Assembly (NCBI GenBank): GCA_038109885.1
Contig: JAYNJH010000004.1
Coordinates: 1 to 32,018 of the forward strand
DNA length: 32,018 bases
Direction: 5' to 3'
Source of the DNA: Candidatus Margulisiibacteriota bacterium
GTDB taxonomy: Bacteria > Margulisbacteria > Marinamargulisbacteria > UBA817
The position numbers and the translations under genes are program-made. The notes below the pieces were generated by a model that was given only the letters and a program-made list of their open reading frames with translations, had not been told where the DNA came from and did no database searches. Below, one piece after another: positions 17,126-25,313 of the stretch. Within the stretch, counting starts at the first letter, position 1. Every line of letters starts with the position of its first letter.

Positions 17126-17238
17126 AGATTACGATCCCAAGCCATTTTATCTTCCCTAATATTTGGCATATAAATTCTATGTATAGAACGTAATCTCATC
17201 ACACACCTGGCGGCCCCCTGGCCGCCACTTTACTTTAT
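17126..17238 (+). ncRNA. Candidate small structured RNA (about 110 nt) bounded by the promoter-like element and the GC hairpin
   Basis: An 8-bp long-range pairing joins AGATTACG (17126-17133) to CGTAATCT (17189-17196) and closes a domain of about 55 nt. It is followed by a perfect 8-bp GC-rich hairpin (17208-17227) and CTTTACTTTAT. I recognise no known family. Confidence 0.2.
17208..17227 (+). terminator. GC-rich hairpin, probable intrinsic terminator for plus-strand transcription (mazG operon and/or the candidate sRNA)
   Basis: TGGCGGCC-ccct-GGCCGCCA is a perfect 8-bp stem with a 4-nt loop, followed by a moderately T-rich CTTTACTTTAT. It stands out strongly against the AT-rich background. 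Confidence 0.45.
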
Positions 17239-17273
17239 AGAGGATAATTATCATTGGGTTTCCAAATAATAAA

Positions 17274-17314
17274 ATACGGCCCTGCACATTCAAACGTTAA
17301 ATGTCGGACCGTAT
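17274..17314 (-). terminator. Imperfect long hairpin followed by a T-rich run, probable terminator of gltA
   Basis: The arm at 17274-17290 pairs with the arm at 17300-17314 (ATACGG/CCGTAT outer stem, ACATT/AATGT inner stem, with one mismatch and bulges, and a 9-nt loop). On the minus strand it is followed by TTTTATTATTT. It begins 14 nt after the gltA stop. Confidence 0.45.
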
Positions 17315-17327
17315 ATTAAATTGGATT

Positions 17328-18614
17328 TTAGATATTAATAAATTTATATGCAGGCCGAATGACGCGTCGTCCTGAAAGAATCTCTTCAATGCGATGGGAA
17401 CACCAACCGGCCGTTCGTGCCATCGCAAATAATGGGGTATAAATATCAACGGGAATATTCAGACAATCATAAACAAACCCCGAAAAGAAATCGACGTTGG
17501 GTGCAATAACCTTTGTTGAGCCCTTTACAGCATGAAAGGCTTTTGGCCCCTCTTCCTCAATTAAACAATATAACTTAAACTCTGAACGTCGATCCACTTT
17601 TTCAGCCAAAACACTCGCTTTAGACTTTAAAATCAATGCGCGAGGGTCTGATTTAGTGTATACAGCATGACCCAACCCATAGATCTTCCCTGAATTATCA
17701 TAGGCTTCTTTTCTTACGATTTTTTCCAGATACGCACGAACTTCCTCGCGACTTTCCCAATCACTTACATGGGCCTTAATATCAGACATCATATCCATCA
17801 CTTTTTTATTAGCAGCACCATGCAATGGCCCCTTCAACGAGCCCAATGCCGCCGTGATTGTACCATAAATATCAGATGCCGAAGATGTCACCACATAAGT
17901 TGTAAACGATGAATTATTTCCACCACCATGCTCAGCATGAAGCAATAAAGCTAAATCCAAAATATCAACCTCAAATGCCGAGGGCTTTACCCCTTGACGA
18001 AGCATGTACAATAATCCTTCAGCCGTATTCATTCCAGGTTCCGGAACAATTAATTTCGGGTTTGTCTCATATGCCAATAAATACGAATACGCAACAATAA
18101 CGGGTAATTTTGATAAAATCATTAAACTTTTAATAAAGTTTTCATACGGATCAATCGTCTCAGGGTGACCATCTAATGTATACAATGCCGATACAACCGT
18201 TTGTAGTTTGTTCATTATGTTTTTGGATGGAATCGCCCGAATTAGATGATCAATAAACTCTCGAGATAAACTGCGATGATGCGACAAAAACTGCTGCAAT
18301 TGATGCATCTCATCTTTACTTGGGCCTCGACCCGTCAATAATAAGAATAACGTGTACTCAAAACGTGATTTCCCATCCGTTTCAGCAACTAAATCCTCAA
18401 TCAAGTGACCGCGATACTTTAATACCCCTTCAACAGGCTCTCGAACACCATTATTTTGGGTGACCCCAACCACTGATGATATACGGCTTAACCCGGCCAA
18501 AACACCACTACCATCGGCATTTCTTAACCCACGCTTTACATCCAATTCTTCATACACTTGATTTGAAATTGTATTGGACTCAATAATCTCGTTCCTTAAA
18601 TGATCAAATTCCAT
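17328..18614 (-). CDS. gltA: Citrate synthase (or citrate/2-methylcitrate synthase family)
   Basis: Active-site regions are LLHAEHGGGNNSSFT, IYGLGHAVY and PNVDFFSG. I prefer ATG 18614 (MEFDHLRNE...), which has a GAGGGAG Shine-Dalgarno about 5 nt upstream. The track's earlier start at 18647 would overlap the preceding gene. Confidence 0.9.
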   Translation of the reverse strand: MEFDHLRNEIIESNTISNQVYEELDVKRGLRNADGSGVLAGLSRISSVVGVTQNNGVREPVEGVLKYRGHLIEDLVAETDGKSRFEYTLFLLLTGRGPSKDEMHQLQQFLSHHRSLSREFIDHLIRAIPSKNIMNKLQTVVSALYTLDGHPETIDPYENFIKSLMILSKLPVIVAYSYLLAYETNPKLIVPEPGMNTAEGLLYMLRQGVKPSAFEVDILDLALLLHAEHGGGNNSSFTTYVVTSSASDIYGTITAALGSLKGPLHGAANKKVMDMMSDIKAHVSDWESREEVRAYLEKIVRKEAYDNSGKIYGLGHAVYTKSDPRALILKSKASVLAEKVDRRSEFKLYCLIEEEGPKAFHAVKGSTKVIAPNVDFFSGFVYDCLNIPVDIYTPLFAMARTAGWCSHRIEEILSGRRVIRPAYKFINI

Positions 18615-18627
18615 GGCTCTCCCTCTT

Positions 18628-21600
18628 CTATTTCCTGGTTTTATCATACAATCTTAATGCATAAAAACCAACGGCAATTCCCAAAATAATTACACCAAAA
18701 ATCTGGAAAATTCCCAACCATATCCCTACATAATTAATTTGATTTATGTAGCGCCCCATCACCTTCAATTGCTTATCTATCATTTGATATTGATACAAGT
18801 TATTTTGAACCATTGTGTCCAAAGCTTTCTTTTTTAACCTTAGTGAGTCATCCAACATGGCTATTTGACCATTAAGTTGAACCAATAAGCGATCAAAGTT
18901 CTCTAGGCTAGGGATCGTTGTTTGAGAAATATCCAGTTGCAATCCATCTGTTTTCTGAACTAAAAACTTAAGCGCTGAATAGGCAACCCCATCCGCATCT
19001 GATGCCGTAATAAATCGCTCGTCTTCACCAATCTTAAAGGCCCCCTTGAATTGCTGAGCCATCGGACCAATATGTGCTACACCTCGATTAAATACATATT
19101 CCCAACGTGATATATTTAATGCCATTAAACTCTCAAAAATCATGCGGTGATCAACTGGCATAAACTGAGTCTTCAAATTTCGATCAGACACCATGCTCCA
19201 ACCACCCCCTTCTGGCGTAGCCGAAACCACCATTCCAGCACCCGTATGAATATGAACCCCATTCGGCGCATTTAAAACCACAGAATCATTTGCAGCAACA
19301 TCGATCCCCTGAATCGATGCATTTAATACTACATTTTGATCACCCAAAACTTGAACATGATCACCAATAACGAGGTTCGCATTCCCTTTAATACGATTAT
19401 AATCACCTAATACTCGCTGATGATTACCATTAATTTCAATATCATTGACACCTAAGGTATAATTTTCATCCCCAGTTACCGATCCCCTTTGACTTGATAT
19501 AAGTGAATTACGATGACCCTTGAGTGTTAATTTTTGAACGGATGCCAATTGATTCTCTTGACCAAACATTCTGAGTTCCGTTGCCCCATCCACCGAATTC
19601 GATTTCCCATAAATCATCGAATCCTTCACATCTTGAATAAAAACGTGATTACCATTTAAATCTAAACTCGTTGCATTATGAATAAAAGCAGTATCAATGC
19701 GCCCCTTAAAATCCGAAACTCGATTCATGTAGATATCATCACCAACCAAATCCAAACGATTACCAAATCTTAATCGATGCTTCCCACCACGAATATGCGC
19801 ATTTTCAACCTGAACATAATCGCCCAACTCAGCATTAATTTCACTATCAGAAATAAAATCAAAGGCACTTTGATTCGCCATAATTCGAGATTTTTTGACA
19901 TCCTGAACCTGCAATTGCGATCCTTGAATCCTTGCAAGTTCAGCTTGCTGAATTGTTAAATCTTGACCATCAATCCAACTATTATCGCTACGATAAATCA
20001 CTGAATCGCTGACTTGAATTGATGATGATGCCACCTGCCCCAAAAAAACATCATTAAGCTGTAATTGATTTTCACCTGAAGCAACCGGCATGCCAATTCC
20101 AAACGCTGACTGTCGAACCACACGCCAAGATGTCCCATTATAAAATCGAAACCCAGTACTATCATATTCCATGGTACCAGCCAAAGGCGCCGAGTTAATT
20201 GAATCGCCTATCGTAATAGCGGAACCTAAATCAAACTGATGCTGCGAATTTCCTAAAGAAGTTGAAATCGCCATTGGCGAATGCAAATAAAGCTGATTGG
20301 CCCCATCACCAAACATAAACTCACCAGAGCCTTTAAGCTCAAAATCAATGGACTTGGACGAATTTTCAATACTTAATTTTACGGGGTTTGCCCCCTCATC
20401 TTTAATTCGGACATCCGCACTAACATCCAAACTTCCAACTTCTAGGGTATAAGAAAAATCACGTTCAATCTGAATCAAATTAGGACTATCATAAATCCCC
20501 AAATTGGATTTATCATCCAAATAAATATTCGTAGATGAATTAAATGACCCCGCCCCCAAGGTAATAATCCGGTGAGATAATAAACTAGACAACCCCGTCC
20601 CACCATTCGCTAGTGACAACTGGCCTGAGAATAATTCACTTGTAATTTCACCTGATTTTATTTTTGACGAAGTAACTTGATTATTTGGGATATGATTTGC
20701 AAGAATTATCTGATCTTTAATATGTGAAGTTCCGATGGACCGATCTGTAAAATTAATCGATGCAACACGGTAATCCTGAAGATTTTCTGAATAAACACTA
20801 TTATTGTCAACCACATCAGAGTTGAAAAACTGATCTGGAATGTAATCATTAATGTTATTATCTTTTAAGATATTAAAGGACAACGAATTTTTCATAATAT
20901 TACTTGAGCCAATGGCATTTGGAGAAATTGTATCCGCATTAAAAATGCCAGTAACAAATCGTGAAATCTCCAACTGGTTTTCCGCAAAATGTGTCAATCG
21001 AACTGAATTAGGGTAAATATTTCTTGATGAAATCACCGCCCCATCCAAATGAATTGATGAAATCATTTTAGCTGCAAAGTCTTTTTCAAGTTGACCAACA
21101 TTCGTTAAATCTTCTCCATTTCCTTGTAAAGTTCCATAAAGTATTTTTAAATTTTCAGGCGTCCATTCCATAACACGCTGGTTGTCTTTAATATGAATGG
21201 AATTTGCTTTTAATAAGTCATTACCTAAGAAGAATTGATTAATCGAAAACAGAGTTGCATTTAACGTTGTTGCCCGTAAGCCCCCATCAAAATGAGCCGA
21301 CCCCTCGACATGAAATTGATGAACAGGAAAATCAAGTCCAATGCCAATACGATAATTTTGACTAACCAATTGAATATTCTCACCATAATCAAACCAACGA
21401 GAAGCCTCAAAAGTAAGTGGTCCATATAAAAGGTCCACCCACTCTTTGGGATGCTTAATTCGTAATGAATCAGATTCCCAACGTATCGAACCTGTAACTT
21501 CAGTTTCTTCATAAGCCAACTTAATTGCACCATTCACATCAACATGAGTTTTGGGTTCTTCAATGCCTATACCAATATATTTCTTATCTCGATCAATCTT

Positions 21601-22008
21601 AAAAATATGCGGAAATCGCGTCTCCCAACCAAACTCAGAAAATAAAGATCGGTAAGAGTATAATTCTGTTAACAACGGAATCTCAGCCGTCTCAGCACCA
21701 ACCGAGATCACCAGCTTTAACTTTTTACGATGAAGCATATACGCATTCAGTGCTGGCACTGAATTCATAACCAATACCAAATTCCCATCTGAAATCGAAT
21801 AATTATCGTAATCTTCAAACCAAATTCGCTCACGAGTAACCGAGTCGTATATTCGAGCCCTGACATTAAAGTTTCCATTATAAAGACCTTGATCATTTGA
21901 TAAAATCATCTCCACAGTCATTTGAGATGGAACTTCAATAATCTTTTCCTCAGCAATACTAAAAATACTAAGAACTAAAATAAAAAATACGGCGACAAGC
22001 TTTTTCAT
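18628..22008 (-). CDS. Fibre paralogue C: secreted tail-fibre-like protein with an S74 intramolecular-chaperone autoprocessing domain, coiled coil and C-terminal TM anchor
   Basis: 1126 aa.
- Signal peptide: MKKLVAVFFILVLSIFSIA|EE.
- Landmarks: YIGIGIEEPKTHVDVNGAIKL (about aa 144), Ile/Val-periodic pseudo-repeats about aa 320-460, LANGGTGLSS (GGT 469-471).
- Beta-helix-type repeats, e.g. INGNHQRVLGDYNRIKGNANLVIGDHVQVLGDQNVVL.
- S74 module: MVSDRNLKTQFMPVD...WEYVFNRGVAHIGPMAQQF...SDADGVAYSALKFLV (Ser codon 19186-19188, Lys at +5).
- About 70 heptad-rich residues, then a TM helix VGIWLGIFQIFGVIILGIAVGFYAL (18655-18729) and a basic tail RLYDKTRK. Confidence 0.8.
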   Translation of the reverse strand: MKKLVAVFFILVLSIFSIAEEKIIEVPSQMTVEMILSNDQGLYNGNFNVRARIYDSVTRERIWFEDYDNYSISDGNLVLVMNSVPALNAYMLHRKKLKLVISVGAETAEIPLLTELYSYRSLFSEFGWETRFPHIFKIDRDKKYIGIGIEEPKTHVDVNGAIKLAYEETEVTGSIRWESDSLRIKHPKEWVDLLYGPLTFEASRWFDYGENIQLVSQNYRIGIGLDFPVHQFHVEGSAHFDGGLRATTLNATLFSINQFFLGNDLLKANSIHIKDNQRVMEWTPENLKILYGTLQGNGEDLTNVGQLEKDFAAKMISSIHLDGAVISSRNIYPNSVRLTHFAENQLEISRFVTGIFNADTISPNAIGSSNIMKNSLSFNILKDNNINDYIPDQFFNSDVVDNNSVYSENLQDYRVASINFTDRSIGTSHIKDQIILANHIPNNQVTSSKIKSGEITSELFSGQLSLANGGTGLSSLLSHRIITLGAGSFNSSTNIYLDDKSNLGIYDSPNLIQIERDFSYTLEVGSLDVSADVRIKDEGANPVKLSIENSSKSIDFELKGSGEFMFGDGANQLYLHSPMAISTSLGNSQHQFDLGSAITIGDSINSAPLAGTMEYDSTGFRFYNGTSWRVVRQSAFGIGMPVASGENQLQLNDVFLGQVASSSIQVSDSVIYRSDNSWIDGQDLTIQQAELARIQGSQLQVQDVKKSRIMANQSAFDFISDSEINAELGDYVQVENAHIRGGKHRLRFGNRLDLVGDDIYMNRVSDFKGRIDTAFIHNATSLDLNGNHVFIQDVKDSMIYGKSNSVDGATELRMFGQENQLASVQKLTLKGHRNSLISSQRGSVTGDENYTLGVNDIEINGNHQRVLGDYNRIKGNANLVIGDHVQVLGDQNVVLNASIQGIDVAANDSVVLNAPNGVHIHTGAGMVVSATPEGGGWSMVSDRNLKTQFMPVDHRMIFESLMALNISRWEYVFNRGVAHIGPMAQQFKGAFKIGEDERFITASDADGVAYSALKFLVQKTDGLQLDISQTTIPSLENFDRLLVQLNGQIAMLDDSLRLKKKALDTMVQNNLYQYQMIDKQLKVMGRYINQINYVGIWLGIFQIFGVIILGIAVGFYALRLYDKTRK

Positions 22009-25000
22009 TTCAGACCCTCCATACGCTGCTGAAGTTTACCCATTTGATGAGTTAATGATTCAATTTCTTGCGATTGCAATGTTTCCTTCTGATGAATTTT
22101 ATTATATTCACCTGTTAATTTTCGATCGGATTCATTTAATTCATTAAGATGTTCAATCATCATTTTCGAGTTCACCACTAACTTATCTGAAGAATTTAAA
22201 ACATCAACTTTCAAAGCCTGATAATTATCCTGATCTTGAACAATCGTTTGATAATAATTTCCTAAACCTTTAATTGAACCTAGAATAACACCGTCCATAT
22301 CAACGGTTTGAATATATTTATTAGATCGGCCAAGGCCAAATACCTTATAAAAATCCTGGGCCATTGGACCAATATGCTGAACATAATGTTGCCCCTTATA
22401 ACGCCATTCCATAATATCTAATTGTAATGCTTTATTTAAAATCTCGTTTGGATTTAAACCTTCAATATTGGTTTTGATAGATTGATCAGAAATTGATGAC
22501 CAACTGCCGGCATTGGCCCCCAAACGCGCCACCAAAACACCTTCTTTGAGAACATTAAATCCACCAAGCGCATGAAAAGAAATGCTCTGATCAATGGTTA
22601 AGTCAGAATCCAAATTAGTTCCAATAGATATAATATGATCACCATCAATGGTGGCATCATGATAACCTATAGCCGTATTATTTTGTCCCAGAATGATGGG
22701 TGCACCATGGCCAATATGACGATGCTTTTCCCCCATATAAACACCCTGCCCATGCACCACGGTATGCTGACGCCCCACCACCGTTGCCCCATCTGAAAAA
22801 CCAACATGATGCCCAAAGCCATAAGTGACAAGATCTCTTGCATGACGAATCGTGTTTTCATACCCTAGAATTACAGCATTCTGAATATGACGAATACGAT
22901 TACGCTGATTTAGTACAACCGTATTATTAGCAAAATAGAGTTGATGCCCATAACCAGAAACATCGCCATTTGTAACAAATGACAAATCATGACCTTCGCC
23001 ATTGATTAACGATGCATCCAATTGATGAAGCGTTAAATGATTTCCCTGCACAGACGAGTTGTTAATAAATTCGGCCGCATTATAATCCCCTTTAAGTTGC
23101 GATGAATAAACTTGACTTGCATGACAAGCTTGACCTTGAATAAAACTATTAAACACTCTATTCAACCGACCAAGATGACAATTTATATATGATTGATCTA
23201 ATTGCATCGCATGAATTTTTTGGCCACGAATCATTGAATCCTGCACCATTTCAACACGATTGCTTAGCCCAGAGAGGTGGGTATTTTTAATTCCAGACAC
23301 CAAATGAGATTCCCCCTCAACACGTGAGTCTTGACCTAATAAAATACGTGAACTGTTGGAATGGTTATCCAAACCGGCAATAAAAAATGAGCCCGATGTC
23401 ATATTATCCTCATTATTAAATTCAAGCTGTGTAATCCCTGACGCCAAAACCAGTTTAAATTTATTTTGAGCCTTTGAATAAAACATTGTTCCTGGCTTTG
23501 GTGAAGAAATGGATGTATCCCCCAATAAAACACCACCTTGAATCGATAACTTTTGAGTGCCTGGCTGTCGTCGAATGCCTAAATGACCATCCGCATGGTT
23601 CATAACCAATATTTGTCGGGATTTTAATTGATCTAAAATCTCAAAGTTTCCCGTAGAGGTTAATCCTAAATACCAGCGACCAATATCATTTTCAATGGCA
23701 AGCCCAGACGCGGCATTGGCTTGAGATTTCATTTTAACAGCTGTTTTCCCTGCTTGATTAAGAATATCTAAATCAAACTCAGGAGATGCATTATTAATGC
23801 CCAACCCATTGGCATTTAACACAACTTTAGGGGCACTAATCATTTGATTGGATGAAACAACAATGAGTCCCCCAACTGTAGAAAACCCTGTTTGATTGGT
23901 ACCTCCCTTATCGATGGGAATAATTGCATTCAAATGAGAAAAAGATAACGCTCCGGGTTGAAAATCAGTTGCCAAAATATCATTATCCTTAATTAGCACA
24001 GAAGTAATTGCATCATCTTTAATAATACCGTGGCGATCGACCATTGGCGTGGCATAATCCTCTGAAATTAAGGTCCCATCTTTAATTTTAGTATAATCAA
24101 TATTTTGAGCCCCAATATTACGGCTCACAACCGCATCATCTTTGAATAAATAAATTGTTAATTCAAAATTTGAAGCCAAATTTGATGAAACAATGGATTC
24201 TCGTTTAATTTCATTATCCGTCACAATTAAAGGCTTGAAGTATGCATTTGTTAATTTAAAATCATCGGTTAAATGTAATCTTTTAATGCTTGCGTCATTT
24301 AAGGCTGAATTCCCAACAGCATTGGCGGCAATTTGAACATGGGTAATTGCTAAATCTGCAATTTCATTATTTTGAATGCCATTAATCTTTAGTGATGGCG
24401 CGCTTACATGAGTCACCCCATGCCCTTTACCAATCAATTTCCCCGAGACTTTTAACCCATCATTTGCATTTATATAATTGGAGGCATTTAATGTCACTGA
24501 CCGAACCGTTAATTCAGCATCTTTAGAGACCCCATAATTATTTAATAAGTTTAGATGACCTGCCGCAGTCAATGGCCCATCCAAACGAACCCCACGTTCA
24601 ACAAATACATCCCCGCCAACCGTCAAAGTGGCCTTATTGGTTTTTGTTGCAATTCGAACAAATGTATCCTTTACAAAAAATGCCGGAATGGTATTACTTT
24701 GATTATTTGTCCATTTACTATCATAGCCATCCGCAGGACTCACGTCTAAATATTTCCAAACGTCATTATGACGCCCCTCCAATCGATTATTTCGCCATCG
24801 GATTGTACCCAACTCATCAATACTTGGATGATCACCCACACGCATCGCACCACCAACTTCAAGTCGAACTGAAGGCGTTGGGTTTTTAATATTAATACCG
24901 ATCCGCTCAGCAATTAAGTTGGTATGAAAAACACCCTCCATATGAATTGCATTCACAATATCCGCCGCATGAGAAAATAAACTAAATGGAATTGACTTCA

Positions 25001-25313
25001 TTGGCAACGCTATTTTTTCAGTACCAATTGTCAAAATCAGCTGAACCCCTTCGTCATAAAACCAATGGGTTTTAATTTCATTAAGATGACCAATTTCGAA
25101 CGATGTTCGCCCTTTAAAAAATTGAGCCGTATGTGTTTCTTGCCAACGAATTTCATTTTTGGGAGACAATAATTGAACCGTTACTGACTTTTTACCATCA
25201 ATTAAAATGCCATCTTCAGCTAAAACAACCTCTAAAAAGCTGGTAATTGTTGCCGCAGAAATCGGAGAAACAAGCATTACAAAAAGCATAAAAATCACCA
25301 ATATTCGTCTCAT
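22005..25313 (-). CDS. Fibre paralogue B: secreted tail-fibre-like protein with an S74 domain and C-terminal coiled coil but no TM anchor
   Basis: 1102 aa.
- Signal peptide: MRRILVIFMLFVMLVSPISA|A.
- Landmarks: RIGINIKNPTPSVRLEVGGAMRV (about aa 137), IDKGGTNQTGF (GGT 470-472).
- His-rich beta-helix-type repeats about aa 650-895.
- S74 module: SSISDQSIKTNIEGL...WRYKGQHYVQHIGPMAQDF...VDMDGVILGSIKGL (Ser codon 22488-22490).
- It ends in a heptad-rich ...HQMGKLQQRMEGLK with no hydrophobic segment.
- ATGA overlaps occur at both ends (25310-25313 and 22005-22008). Confidence 0.8.
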   Translation of the reverse strand: MRRILVIFMLFVMLVSPISAATITSFLEVVLAEDGILIDGKKSVTVQLLSPKNEIRWQETHTAQFFKGRTSFEIGHLNEIKTHWFYDEGVQLILTIGTEKIALPMKSIPFSLFSHAADIVNAIHMEGVFHTNLIAERIGINIKNPTPSVRLEVGGAMRVGDHPSIDELGTIRWRNNRLEGRHNDVWKYLDVSPADGYDSKWTNNQSNTIPAFFVKDTFVRIATKTNKATLTVGGDVFVERGVRLDGPLTAAGHLNLLNNYGVSKDAELTVRSVTLNASNYINANDGLKVSGKLIGKGHGVTHVSAPSLKINGIQNNEIADLAITHVQIAANAVGNSALNDASIKRLHLTDDFKLTNAYFKPLIVTDNEIKRESIVSSNLASNFELTIYLFKDDAVVSRNIGAQNIDYTKIKDGTLISEDYATPMVDRHGIIKDDAITSVLIKDNDILATDFQPGALSFSHLNAIIPIDKGGTNQTGFSTVGGLIVVSSNQMISAPKVVLNANGLGINNASPEFDLDILNQAGKTAVKMKSQANAASGLAIENDIGRWYLGLTSTGNFEILDQLKSRQILVMNHADGHLGIRRQPGTQKLSIQGGVLLGDTSISSPKPGTMFYSKAQNKFKLVLASGITQLEFNNEDNMTSGSFFIAGLDNHSNSSRILLGQDSRVEGESHLVSGIKNTHLSGLSNRVEMVQDSMIRGQKIHAMQLDQSYINCHLGRLNRVFNSFIQGQACHASQVYSSQLKGDYNAAEFINNSSVQGNHLTLHQLDASLINGEGHDLSFVTNGDVSGYGHQLYFANNTVVLNQRNRIRHIQNAVILGYENTIRHARDLVTYGFGHHVGFSDGATVVGRQHTVVHGQGVYMGEKHRHIGHGAPIILGQNNTAIGYHDATIDGDHIISIGTNLDSDLTIDQSISFHALGGFNVLKEGVLVARLGANAGSWSSISDQSIKTNIEGLNPNEILNKALQLDIMEWRYKGQHYVQHIGPMAQDFYKVFGLGRSNKYIQTVDMDGVILGSIKGLGNYYQTIVQDQDNYQALKVDVLNSSDKLVVNSKMMIEHLNELNESDRKLTGEYNKIHQKETLQSQEIESLTHQMGKLQQRMEGLK

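Noticed and set aside
17099-17173. A 24-codon ORF (MFLKLYNLQRLRSQAILSSLIFGI) in the mazG/gltA spacer.
   Set aside because: It has no Shine-Dalgarno and overlaps the promoter-like hexamers. Its length is expected by chance in AT-rich sequence.
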